From the NCBI GenBank assembly GCA_903922605.1, contig CAIXUG010000080.1, positions 7,526-71,525 of the forward strand: a DNA stretch of 64,000 bases. Reading direction: 5' to 3'. Source of the DNA: an uncultured Verrucomicrobiota bacterium (GTDB lineage Bacteria; Verrucomicrobiota; Verrucomicrobiia; Limisphaerales; UBA9464). Both the position numbers and the translations under genes were made by a program. Positions 50,273 through 61,092 of the stretch are shown here, piece after piece (within the stretch, counting starts at the first letter, position 1; each line of letters starts with the position of its first letter). The notes beneath the pieces were generated by a model, which worked only from the letters and a program-made list of their open reading frames with translations, was not told where the DNA came from and did not search any database.

Positions 50273-51463
50273 TCAGTGGAGGTGCAGCGGTGAAATGAAG
50301 TAAAGCCGTCCCTGTGGCAAGTGCGGCGCGAGCTCCAGCCCACCCACCTCCACCTTCAACGAGTGGGCGTCCGATTTCACGAAATAGCGCAGGAGGCCGC
50401 CAAAGCTGGGCGGCATCTGGTAACTGACCAGGTTCGCCTTGTCGCTTCCGGTCAGATCAATGGCACGCTGCACCGCCGTGTCGAAGTTGCCGAGCTCATC
50501 CACCAGGCCCAGTTCCAGCGCCTTGGTCCCGGAAAGAATTCGCCCGTCGGCAAAGTCGGTCCAATTGGCCGCCAGCCTGTGTCCGCCTTCCACTTTGTCC
50601 GCCTCGTTCTGCTTCGCCGCCCAGCCGCGCCCCGCCACGATGACGGACTTAAACCTGGCGTAACTCTCGTCGATCATGTCCTTGAGAATCGCCCGCTCCT
50701 CGGGAAGCTCCTCCTCCGGCAGCTTGTCCGGGCTGAGCATGTCCTTGAGTTTGCCGCTCTTCACCACGCTCGAACGAACGCCCACCTTGTCCATCAGTCC
50801 ACGGTAATTGTAGGTGTGGAAGATCACGCCGATGCTGCCGGTGATGGTCAGCTCATTGGCCACGATCCAGCGGCATGGCGCGCTGACATAGTAGCCGCCG
50901 GAGGCCGCCATCGAGCCCATGCTCACCACGACCGGGATGTCGTAGTTGGTCTGGAACGCCGCCAATGCCCGGTAGATCTCATCGCTCGCCAGCACTTCGC
51001 CGCCCGGCGAATCGACCCGCAGCACCACCGCTTTCACCTTGTCATCCGAGCCCGCCCGTTCGAGCTGGTCGCGGATGAGCTCCACCATGCCCGGCCCGCC
51101 CTCACGGCCGCCTTCGCCGGAGATCACGCCGTCCACATCCAGCACGGCGATCTTATCCTTGGCGCCATTGTCCTCGAGCGTCACCTCCATCAGTTCCATG
51201 GCCCCGCGGCGGCCGTGACCGCTGCCCGTGACTCCGGCCAGGGGAACCTTGCCCGCCGAGAGCAGGATGTTCAGCCCGACGCTGACCAGCAGCACCACGA
51301 TCAGGACGATGGCAACCCACATCCAGGCTCCGGAACCGGAACGCGTCGGCACTGGCCGGGATTCGGGCGCGCGCGGAGTCAGGAGGCGTGGCGGCTGCGA
51401 GGACAGCTGGGGCGGCAACTGCGGGGCCTCCGACGGAGTCGTTGGCGAATCGGAATCTTGCAT
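50273..51463 (-). CDS. sppA: Signal peptide peptidase SppA (S49)
   Basis: One TM helix, RVDSPGGEV, SMGSMAASGGYY, TITGSIGV, KSGKLKD, ADGRILSG. Confidence 0.92.
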   Translation of the reverse strand: MQDSDSPTTPSEAPQLPPQLSSQPPRLLTPRAPESRPVPTRSGSGAWMWVAIVLIVVLLVSVGLNILLSAGKVPLAGVTGSGHGRRGAMELMEVTLEDNGAKDKIAVLDVDGVISGEGGREGGPGMVELIRDQLERAGSDDKVKAVVLRVDSPGGEVLASDEIYRALAAFQTNYDIPVVVSMGSMAASGGYYVSAPCRWIVANELTITGSIGVIFHTYNYRGLMDKVGVRSSVVKSGKLKDMLSPDKLPEEELPEERAILKDMIDESYARFKSVIVAGRGWAAKQNEADKVEGGHRLAANWTDFADGRILSGTKALELGLVDELGNFDTAVQRAIDLTGSDKANLVSYQMPPSFGGLLRYFVKSDAHSLKVEVGGLELAPHLPQGRLYFISPLHLH

Positions 51464-51638
51464 TTCGCCGCAGGCTAAAAGAGGTCACGGGAATGGCAAG
51501 CGCGGCAGTGTGGGGCTTTTGCCACCAGCCAATTTCGCCCAACCTGACCCTGCACGTCCGAAACCGCATTCCCGTCGGCGACAATGATATGATTACACTT
51601 GGAATCTTTACCCTCTGATAGCAGATTGAAGCCGTCCG

Positions 51639-51672
51639 GGATAAATGCTCTTATCCAGGCACGGACACTGCT
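51639..51672 (+). promoter_or_regulatory. Sigma-54-like promoter with abutting palindrome
   Basis: aGGcacggacactGCt (51657-51672, GG-N10-GC) preceded by GGATAA-N6-TTATCC (51639-51656). Confidence 0.45.
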
Positions 51673-51684
51673 AAGGACTCATCC

Positions 51685-52740
51685 ATGTCATCCCGCCAAA
51701 ACCCTTGCCAAAGGCGGGCCTTTACTTTGGTGGAGCTGCTGGTGGTCATCGCCATCATCGGCATCCTGGCCGCCCTGATTTTGCCGGCGGTTCAAAAGAC
51801 GCTGGTCAAGGCGAAGCAGAGCTGGTGTGCGAACAACCTCAAGCAGATCGGGATCGGCTTTCACGTCTTCGCTCACGACCACGCCAGCCAGTTCCCGCAG
51901 CAGGTCGGCGCGCAGGATGGGGGCGTCCTGGAGGCCAGCCTCGCCGTAACCAACCCCATCCCCGGCATCTGGCTGCGGCCCGAGGTTTTTCGGGCGCTGT
52001 CGAACGAGTTGGGCAATGTGCGGGTCACCTTTTGCCCGGTCCCGAGACTGTCGGCCTCCAATTTCGCCAGCCTCAGACCGGCCTTGGTCACGTATTTTCT
52101 GGCATTGCAGTCGCGCTACGATCAGCCCGAATCGGTGCTTTCCGGGGACAATAACCTGGTTACCAACCGTCTGGCCCAACTCAACGCCAGCTCCGAAGTC
52201 ACCGGCGCCACTGTCACCCTTCGCTGGACGCCCGAACGGCACGACAGCCGGGGCAATGTTCTCTTTGCTGACGGGCACGTTGAAAACCTGCGGGATACCT
52301 CGTTCCAGTACCGTCCGACCATTCCCCGTCCGGGAGGAGGGGGCGGGGGTGTCATGCCGCCCATTTTGCCGCGTTTCCCCACGGGCGGAGCCACTCCGCC
52401 CGATCGTGGGGGTCCAGGCGGGCCCGGTGGGAATATGGGAGGCAACTGGAGCAGCGTGAGGGGGGGAGCCAATGCGACGGCTTATGGCCAGCCTGTGCTG
52501 ATCGTTCCGGCCCCCTACCCGATGACCTCCAGCCGGGTTGGAACCAACGGGCAACCCATCTCCAAGACGCCGGTCCGAAACCGTGTCGCCCGCCAAAATC
52601 TTCCACATGAGGATTTGGTCGCCGAGTCCTTCTGGTGGATTTACCTGGTGATGTTTCTGCTGGGCCTGCTCGCGGTGCTCACCCATCTCTGGCAACGCCG
52701 ACGGGAACAGGAACGCCGGCGCAGTGCCGCCCTTGGCTGA
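51685..52740 (+). CDS. Prepilin-type cleavage/methylation + H-X9-DG protein with Gly/Pro-rich extension and C-terminal TM helix
   Basis: [50 protein letters not shown], then a [12 protein letters not shown] linker and [17 protein letters not shown] followed by a basic tail. Confidence 0.85.
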   Translation: MSSRQNPCQRRAFTLVELLVVIAIIGILAALILPAVQKTLVKAKQSWCANNLKQIGIGFHVFAHDHASQFPQQVGAQDGGVLEASLAVTNPIPGIWLRPEVFRALSNELGNVRVTFCPVPRLSASNFASLRPALVTYFLALQSRYDQPESVLSGDNNLVTNRLAQLNASSEVTGATVTLRWTPERHDSRGNVLFADGHVENLRDTSFQYRPTIPRPGGGGGGVMPPILPRFPTGGATPPDRGGPGGPGGNMGGNWSSVRGGANATAYGQPVLIVPAPYPMTSSRVGTNGQPISKTPVRNRVARQNLPHEDLVAESFWWIYLVMFLLGLLAVLTHLWQRRREQERRRSAALG

Positions 52741-52826
52741 TCCGCCAACAAAACCCTTCCCCGCGCCCGCCGCTTCTGGCTTAGTCTCGGTTCTCGTCCG
52801 CACGTTGCGGGCGCTGTTTACATGCC

Positions 52827-54026
52827 ATGAGTCTAGCCACTGTCCTCCTCAAGCCGGGTGAAGCCGACCGCGTCGCCGCGGGTCATCCCTGGGTCTATTC
52901 CAATTCCATCCTGCGCTTCAGCGCGCCGCCCACCGACGGTGACGTGGTGCAGGTCAAGGATCACCGCCAGCGCCTGCTCGGCACCGGGTTCTACAACTCC
53001 CGCTCCAAGATCGCCGTCCGCATCCTCGACCGTGAACGCATCGACGTGGACCGGGCCTTTTTCCGGGAACGCCTGACGGCCGCGCTCGCCCACCGGCGAC
53101 GCTGGTTGCCAAAGGCGACCTCTTTCCGGCTGATCAACTCGGAGAGCGATTTTCTCAGCGGCCTGATCGTGGACAAGTACGAGGATGTGCTCGTGCTCCA
53201 GACCAGTTCGCTCGGCATGGACAAGCGCAAGCACCTCATCGCCGAGGTGCTGCAGGAGCTGCTCCGGCCCAAGGCCATCTTGGAGCGCAACGACATGTCC
53301 TCGCGCAAGTTCGAGGGATTGGCCCCTGTAAATGACGTGCTCGTCGGCGAAGCGCCGGCCAGTGTGGCGGTGAACCTGAACGGCCTGAAGTTCGACGCCG
53401 ATCTCGCCGAGGGCCACAAAACCGGCCTCTATCTCGACCAGCAGGTGAACTACGAGGCCTTGGCCCCGTTCTCCAAGGGAGCCGAGGTGCTCGACTGCTT
53501 CTCCTTCCTGGGCGGCTTCGCCCTGCATACCGCCCGTGCCGGGGCCAAACACGTCCTCGCCCTCGACCAGAGCGCGGACGCGATTGCCGCCGCCACGCGG
53601 AACGCGGCCACGAACGGGCTGGCCGACAAGCTTTCGTTCGAAAACGTCAATGTCTTTGACTGGCTGAAGGCCCACACCTCGGTGAAACCCGGTGAACGCG
53701 TCACGCCCCGCTTCGACCTGATCATCCTGGACCCGCCGTCATTCACCCGAAACCGCGCCTCGGTGCCCGACGCGATGCGCGGCTACAAGGAAATCCACCT
53801 CCGGGCGATGAAGCTGCTGCGTCCCGGCGGCGTGCTCGCCACCTACTGCTGTTCGCATCACGTGGATACCGTGCTGTTCGAGAACGTCATCTTGGATGCG
53901 GCCTTCGACGCCCACCGCACCCTGCGGCGCGTCGCCCAGTACACCCAGTCGCCCGACCACCCGATCATCCCCTCGATTCCGGAAACGGAGTATCTGAAGG
54001 GTTTTGCTTACGAAGTGGTGCGGTAA
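52827..54026 (+). CDS. rlmI: PUA-domain class I SAM-dependent rRNA methyltransferase (RlmI-like)
   Basis: GHPWVY, ESDFLSGLIVDKY, GHKTGLYLDQ, VLDCFSFLGGF, IILDPPSF, PETEYLK. Confidence 0.85.
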   Translation: MSLATVLLKPGEADRVAAGHPWVYSNSILRFSAPPTDGDVVQVKDHRQRLLGTGFYNSRSKIAVRILDRERIDVDRAFFRERLTAALAHRRRWLPKATSFRLINSESDFLSGLIVDKYEDVLVLQTSSLGMDKRKHLIAEVLQELLRPKAILERNDMSSRKFEGLAPVNDVLVGEAPASVAVNLNGLKFDADLAEGHKTGLYLDQQVNYEALAPFSKGAEVLDCFSFLGGFALHTARAGAKHVLALDQSADAIAAATRNAATNGLADKLSFENVNVFDWLKAHTSVKPGERVTPRFDLIILDPPSFTRNRASVPDAMRGYKEIHLRAMKLLRPGGVLATYCCSHHVDTVLFENVILDAAFDAHRTLRRVAQYTQSPDHPIIPSIPETEYLKGFAYEVVR

Positions 54027-54039
54027 ACCGCCTCCGACG

Positions 54040-54246
54040 ATGGAAACGACGGTCACGGCCAATGGCAGGGAACTGCCGCTGGCCCTTCCCTGCACTTTGG
54101 AAGCGTTCCTCGTCGGTCAGGGGTTGCTCTCACGGAGTGTCGTGGTGGAGCTCAACGGCGAAGCGGTGGCCCCATCAGAATTCGGCGGCCGCCAGCTTAA
54201 GGCTGGCGACCGTCTGGAAATCGTGAAGATCGTCGCGGGTGGGTGA
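54040..54246 (+). CDS. thiS: Sulfur carrier protein ThiS
   Basis: 68 aa, VVVELNGE, GDRLEIVKIVAGG with C-terminal GG. Confidence 0.9.
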   Translation: METTVTANGRELPLALPCTLEAFLVGQGLLSRSVVVELNGEAVAPSEFGGRQLKAGDRLEIVKIVAGG

Positions 54247-54289
54247 CCTCGAAAATTTCAGACCGGTTGGCCGAACACGCAAAATTACC

Positions 54290-54661
54290 TCAGATCAAAA
54301 CCAAACCGTGGGCCATCATAGGTTGGAAATCGGCGATATTGTTCGTCGCCAACCTCGCCCCGCAACGGATGGCCACTGCCGCAATCATGCAATCTGCCAG
54401 ACTGCGTGAGCGGCGTCCGGTCCGGTTAAAGAGCTGCGCGGCAAGCGCAGCATCGGCAGCTAAGAAAGGCTCCGGATTTGGAAAAATCTTTCGCGCGATG
54501 GCACCGGCTTTGTCGTCCAACGGGCCACACAGAAACTCGGCCCAGGCGATGGCGCTGGCATTGCATTGTTCTTGCGCCCGAGCCCAGCCCCGGAATTTCT
54601 CATGCGCTGACGAGCCCGCGACCACGGCTTGGATGAGAAAGTTCGTATCGAAGTGAATCAT
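54290..54661 (-). CDS. PIN-domain (VapC-like) toxin
   Basis: MIHFDTNFLI, AWAEFLCGP, SLADCMIAAVA, LATNNIADF acidic PIN motifs. Confidence 0.88.
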   Translation of the reverse strand: MIHFDTNFLIQAVVAGSSAHEKFRGWARAQEQCNASAIAWAEFLCGPLDDKAGAIARKIFPNPEPFLAADAALAAQLFNRTGRRSRSLADCMIAAVAIRCGARLATNNIADFQPMMAHGLVLI

Positions 54662-54675
54662 GTGGCATCCGAACC

Positions 54676-54951
54676 TCAGCGCCTTGCTTCACGAACGGAT
54701 GCTATCCATTCCGCAGCTGCAACTGAGTCAAGATGGAGATGTTCTTGCAGCGCTTCCAAGGCTGGCAGCGAGGCGATGGAGTCGTCCGGCACAGGCGACT
54801 GGCCTTGGGTGTGCCCCACGACCGGAGGTTGAGACAAAGGAGCCGAAACGAGGATAGTAAGCAGGCCGGACGCCTGCTCAGGCAGGACTTCCGCGCCTTT
54901 GGCCGAAACGCGTCCGTGATCAATCTCGACTTCGACAGTCCGATAGCTCAT
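54676..54951 (-). CDS. Putative antitoxin upstream of the PIN toxin
   Basis: 91 aa, co-oriented 14 bp upstream of the PIN gene: MSYRTVEVEIDHGRV...LEALQEHLHLDSVAAAEWIASVREARR. Confidence 0.6.
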   Translation of the reverse strand: MSYRTVEVEIDHGRVSAKGAEVLPEQASGLLTILVSAPLSQPPVVGHTQGQSPVPDDSIASLPALEALQEHLHLDSVAAAEWIASVREARR

Positions 54952-55040
54952 GGCCTTAGATTGCGCTTCGCTCCGATGACCCGCAAGCAGCGCTTTGGAA
55001 ACAAGGCCCACCCAGTCTTCTCAACAGCCAGCCAATCCCA

Positions 55041-56537
55041 TCAATTTCCCAACTGTTCCCGCAGCGCCGTCTTGAGGATCTTGCCGGTCGCATTGCGCGG
55101 CAGCGCCGGCAGCACCACCACGCGTTTGGGCAGCTTGTAGTCGGCCAGATGCTCGCGGAGGAAGGCGAGCAGGGCCTTTTCCTCAAATGCGGCACCTTCA
55201 TCCAGGCTGACAAACGCCACCGGACGTTCGCCGCGACGCTCGCAGGGCTCACCTACGACGGCGGCCTCACGGATACCCTTAAACCGGTAGATCACCTCCT
55301 CGATCTCGCGGGGATACACGTTGATGCCGTTCGGCTTCAGCATGTCCTTTTTGCGGTCGGTGACGGCGTAGTAGCCGTCGCCGAGCCGGCGGTGGCCGAT
55401 GTCACCGGTACGGAGCCAGCCGTTGACAAGGGTTTCGGCGGTCTTCTCGGGTGCATTCCAATAGCCCCGCATCACGTTGCCCCCCCGGACGCAGATTTCG
55501 CCGTCCACACCATCGGGCAGGATGTTGCCCGCCTCGTCCTGGATGGAGATTTCCACCCCCGGAATCGCCACCCCGATGGTGCCGGCGATCCACGGGCCGG
55601 TGACCGGATTGACCGAGACCACCGGGCTGGCCTCGCTCAGACCATAGCCCTCGATCAGCGGAACGTTGGGATGGCGCGCGTTAAAGGCGCTGAGAATTTC
55701 GGCCGGCAGCGGCCCCGCCCCGCTGATACAGAGGCGCAACGGCAGTTCCACGCCGGGCGGCAGCATGGCGAGCACGCGGAAGAGCGCGGCCATCGCCGGC
55801 AGCACGGACCCCTGATTTTGCAGCATCTCCTGTAGCATCGCCTTGGCGGGATGCACCGACCGGATGAGCACGATGGACCCGCCGGTCAGCAATGGCGTGA
55901 GGATGCACACCGTAAGCATGAAGCTGTGGAACATCGGCAGCAGGAGCACGAACCGGTCGAAATCCACGACGCGCAGGATTTCCCGCACGCTGTCTACATT
56001 GTGCAGCAGGTTCCCGTGGGCGAGCATCGCTCCCTTGGGGCGTCCCGTAGTTCCGCTGGTGTAGATCAGCACCGCCAGATCTTCTTCCGTTCGGTTCAGA
56101 CCGGCGGCCGGGAAGGATTCTGAAGTCGCTGGATGCTCCGGCAGTTCCTCGGCCACCAGCAGAAGCAGGCCCGGGCGGGCCGCACCCAACTCGGCAAAAG
56201 CTTCGGTCAGAGCCGTTTCGGAAATCAGCACGTCAATCCCGGCATCCGCAAGCATGTAGCCGACCTCGCCCGGCTTCAGGAAGTTGTTGATCGGGACCGC
56301 CACCGCCCCGGCTCCCAACACCCCGAAGAGCACGGAAACGAATTCCGGCCGGTTCTTGAGCCAGATACCCACGCGATCCCCGGGTTGGACCCCGAAGCGA
56401 CCTGCCAGTTCCCGCGCCAGCCAGGCGGCCGACCGGGCGAAGTGCGCATAGGAAAACTGCGCGTCACCCCAGTAAAGCGCCGTTTTTTCCGCGTGGGCTG
56501 ACGCGGAAGCGGCGAAGGCGACGGCAAGATTGTTCAT
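55041..56537 (-). CDS. Long-chain fatty acid-CoA ligase (AMP-binding)
   Basis: YTSGTTGRPKG, EGYGLSEASP, GWLRTGDIG, DRKKD, NVYPREIE, PRNATGKILK. Start trimmed to MNNLAV. Confidence 0.92.
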   Translation of the reverse strand: MNNLAVAFAASASAHAEKTALYWGDAQFSYAHFARSAAWLARELAGRFGVQPGDRVGIWLKNRPEFVSVLFGVLGAGAVAVPINNFLKPGEVGYMLADAGIDVLISETALTEAFAELGAARPGLLLLVAEELPEHPATSESFPAAGLNRTEEDLAVLIYTSGTTGRPKGAMLAHGNLLHNVDSVREILRVVDFDRFVLLLPMFHSFMLTVCILTPLLTGGSIVLIRSVHPAKAMLQEMLQNQGSVLPAMAALFRVLAMLPPGVELPLRLCISGAGPLPAEILSAFNARHPNVPLIEGYGLSEASPVVSVNPVTGPWIAGTIGVAIPGVEISIQDEAGNILPDGVDGEICVRGGNVMRGYWNAPEKTAETLVNGWLRTGDIGHRRLGDGYYAVTDRKKDMLKPNGINVYPREIEEVIYRFKGIREAAVVGEPCERRGERPVAFVSLDEGAAFEEKALLAFLREHLADYKLPKRVVVLPALPRNATGKILKTALREQLGN

Positions 56538-56618
56538 GGATGGAGCGGCGCAGTTGAAAACGCCGGCCGTATCCCCGTCAAGCGGACGCCTTAGGGAAAT
56601 GCGCGTTTTGAACATTTC

Positions 56619-56634
56619 TGCACGCAAGTTGCCA
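56619..56634 (-). promoter_or_regulatory. Possible sigma-54 promoter for the acyl-CoA ligase
   Basis: Minus strand reads tGGcaacttgcgtGCa (GG-N10-GC). Confidence 0.35.
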
Positions 56635-56645
56635 TACAGCCGGCA

Positions 56646-56661
56646 CGGCACTAGCTTTGCA
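56646..56661 (+). promoter_or_regulatory. Sigma-54-like promoter for rseP-ispG
   Basis: cGGCACtagctTTGCA, close to the TGGCAC-N5-TTGCW consensus, 15 bp before the ATG. Confidence 0.5.
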
Positions 56662-56676
56662 CGCGGTCAATCCGGC

Positions 56677-58131
56677 ATGAGTCACATTAACGCAATTCTT
56701 AAAGTCGTCCTCATTCTGCTTGAGGTCGTTCTGCTGTTTAACTGCATCATCTTTGTGCATGAGCTGGGCCATTTCCTGGCCGCCCGATGGCGCGGAATGG
56801 TGGTGGATCGTTTTAGCATCTGGTTTGGCAAGCCAATCTGGCAGAAGAAGGTGGGAAAGGTGGTGTGGTCGTTGGGATCAATTCCCTTCGGCGGCTTTGT
56901 TTCCCTGCCCCAGATGGCCCCGATGGAATGGATGGAAGGCCGCGTTCTCGATAACGGCGAACCACTCACGCCAGCGAAGCCAATCGACAAGATCATCGTC
57001 GCGCTGGCGGGGCCGGTGTTCAGTTTCGGCTTGGCGTTCGTCTTTGGATGTCTGGTCTGGTTCGTGGGCCGGCCAGTGAGCGAATCGGAGACCACCACGG
57101 TCATCGGCTACGTCGCCAAGGATTCCTCCTCGGCCAAAGCCGGTCTTCGCGTGGGTGACCGCGTCCTTTCGGTGGATGGGCACAAGGTTTCCCGCTTCAT
57201 CGGCATGGGCGATTCTATCAACTGGTGGGTGGCGGCCAGCGAAGGACGCACCCTGAAGATTGAGGTGGAACGCGACGGCAAGACGCTGGTTCTGGAACCC
57301 GAGCCCACCCGTGATCCGGTCAAAGGCTGGCACCGCGAAAACTTGAGGCAGCTCAAGATCGCCCCCGCCGAAACTCCCATGGTGGCCAAGGTCACGCCGA
57401 ACAGTCCGGCTGAACGGGCGGGCCTGAAACCCAGCGACCTGTTGGTTGCCGTAAATGGCATTCCGCTCCTGCATTCGAACACTCTGTCCGACTACCTGCG
57501 GGAACACGGCACCGAGCCGGTTCGCTTGACCGTCCGTCGGGGAACCCAATTGCTGGAAACACAGGTGACAGCGGAAATCCCGGTGACGGGCGGAGTGGAG
57601 CGCTTCCCCATGATCGGGGTGGCCTGGGACCAGACCGGCGTGCTGACGATGTCGTATCCCAGCCCTTGGGAACAGGTTTCGGGAGTGGTCGGGAACATGT
57701 TCAACACGTTCCAGGCGTTGCTGTCCCCGAAGTCAGACATCAAACCGCAGCACCTGTCAGGACCGGTCGGCATCCTGCGCATCTACTATCTGGTGTTTGA
57801 AAACGAGCACGCCTGGCGCATGGCGCTGTGGTTCAGTGTCCTGCTCAACGTGAATCTCGCCCTCCTCAATCTGCTGCCGATTCCCATGCTGGATGGCGGC
57901 CACATTGTGCTGGGCCTGGCCGAGTTTGTCCGCCGCCGTCCTTTGAGCGAGCCGGTGGTCCGGTGGGTTCAGACCATCGGGGCAACGGCGGTCCTCGGTT
58001 TCATCCTGTACGTGACCACGTTTGACATCGTGGACATGCGCGGTCCCTCCTCTGAGGAAGGCAAATTGCCCAAGGAGGAGCTGCGCTTCGCCACCCCGGC
58101 CCATGGCAACACGCCCGCTCCGGCAAAATAG
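56677..58131 (+). CDS. rseP: RIP metalloprotease RseP (M50, two PDZ domains)
   Basis: HELGHF, IPFGGFV, AGP, two PDZ domains, NLLPIPMLDGGH. Start trimmed to MSHINA. Confidence 0.93.
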   Translation: MSHINAILKVVLILLEVVLLFNCIIFVHELGHFLAARWRGMVVDRFSIWFGKPIWQKKVGKVVWSLGSIPFGGFVSLPQMAPMEWMEGRVLDNGEPLTPAKPIDKIIVALAGPVFSFGLAFVFGCLVWFVGRPVSESETTTVIGYVAKDSSSAKAGLRVGDRVLSVDGHKVSRFIGMGDSINWWVAASEGRTLKIEVERDGKTLVLEPEPTRDPVKGWHRENLRQLKIAPAETPMVAKVTPNSPAERAGLKPSDLLVAVNGIPLLHSNTLSDYLREHGTEPVRLTVRRGTQLLETQVTAEIPVTGGVERFPMIGVAWDQTGVLTMSYPSPWEQVSGVVGNMFNTFQALLSPKSDIKPQHLSGPVGILRIYYLVFENEHAWRMALWFSVLLNVNLALLNLLPIPMLDGGHIVLGLAEFVRRRPLSEPVVRWVQTIGATAVLGFILYVTTFDIVDMRGPSSEEGKLPKEELRFATPAHGNTPAPAK

Positions 58132-58190
58132 CTGCGCGTCAACATCGTTGACGCTTCGCCCCGCCTTGGTCTTTAGAATGGGCTGACGAG

Positions 58191-59981
<1,791 letters not shown>

Positions 59982-60008
59982 GGTTGGCCTGATGGAGCGC
60001 TGCGCCCT

Positions 60009-60200
60009 TCGTCCCGAAGGGACAACCGGAAATTAGCCAGACATGAAATGTCTGGTTGGCAGGCATACTCACTCCGTCCTGAAAGGACGAAGGAATGCTT
60101 CGGCATGCCATCCTTCCAACGTCCCTTCAGGACGGACTTCTCTGTGCCGTTTGCCAGACACCGGGTGTCTGGCTAATTTCCGGTTGTCCCTTCGGGACGA
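60009..60200. repeat. REP/MITE-like element with perfect 35-bp terminal inverted repeats
   Basis: tcgtcccgaagggacaaccggaaattagccagaca (60009-60043) is the exact reverse complement of 60166-60200. Inner arms ccgtcctgaaaggacg / cgtcccttcaggacgg also pair. Confidence 0.85.
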
Positions 60201-60273
60201 GTTACTGAGCAGCACCCGCCGTCCGCAATCACGGTTCACTGCCCACCGACCGCTGCTCACTGCTCTTCGGCCC

Positions 60274-61047
60274 TCAGCGGCTGTGTTTCAGCAGCCAGTC
60301 ATAAAGCGTCGGCTCGTTGTAGGCATGGGTCCACGAGTCGTGGCCGTCCTCGGGATAGACCGTGAGCTGGATGTCGGTGACGCCGGCCTTCTTGAAGGCG
60401 TCCACCATGCGCTCACTCTCGGAGAGGGCCACGACGTTGTCCTTCCCGCCATGGAACGCCCAGACCCCAAGCGTCTTCAGCGCCTCGCGCTGCGTGGGTA
60501 ACAGGGTGCGGATGCGTTCGCCACCGCCGCAGACGGGCGCGACGGCTGCAAAGCGCTCGGGGTACTTCGAGGCGAGGCTCCACGTGCCGTAGCCGCCCAT
60601 GCTCAGGCCGGTGACGTAGATGTGATGCTCGTCCACCCGGAGCTGTGCCTGGAGTGTATCCACGAGACTGAGCAGCGTGTCATCGTCCCAGACCTGGCCT
60701 TCCGGGCATTGCGGAGAGGCAAGGATGAAGGGGAATTCGCGACCGGCTGCCACCAGCTTGGGTGGACCGTGCTTGGCCACGATGGCAAGGTTGGTGCCCC
60801 GCTCACCGGAGCCATGGAGAAAGAGAACCAGGGGAAACTTCTTCGTGGTATCGGTGGCGTAATCCTTCGGCACGTACAGCAGAAATTCCAGGTGGTTGGT
60901 CTTGGTGACCGCCGCCGAAAAGCTTTGGGAGGTCTGGGCACCGGGACTGGGCGTGATCGCGGACGAACCAGGGCCGGAGGTGGCACAACCGGCCAGCAAG
61001 GCGACGGTGGCCAAGAGAACAGCAAGGGATTTCACGCGGGTGATCAT
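60274..61047 (-). CDS. Lipoprotein alpha/beta hydrolase (predicted peptidase/phospholipase)
   Basis: Lipobox LLAGC, PLVLFLHGSGERG, GLSMGG, AFHGGKD, GHDSW. Confidence 0.88.
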   Translation of the reverse strand: MITRVKSLAVLLATVALLAGCATSGPGSSAITPSPGAQTSQSFSAAVTKTNHLEFLLYVPKDYATDTTKKFPLVLFLHGSGERGTNLAIVAKHGPPKLVAAGREFPFILASPQCPEGQVWDDDTLLSLVDTLQAQLRVDEHHIYVTGLSMGGYGTWSLASKYPERFAAVAPVCGGGERIRTLLPTQREALKTLGVWAFHGGKDNVVALSESERMVDAFKKAGVTDIQLTVYPEDGHDSWTHAYNEPTLYDWLLKHSR

Positions 61048-61092
61048 GGACGTGAACACCGGACCGAGCCAAGGAGAGAAACGTGGCCCGGA

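Noticed and set aside
54027-54039. TPP riboswitch upstream of thiS
   Set aside because: Only 13 bp separate thiS from the upstream gene.
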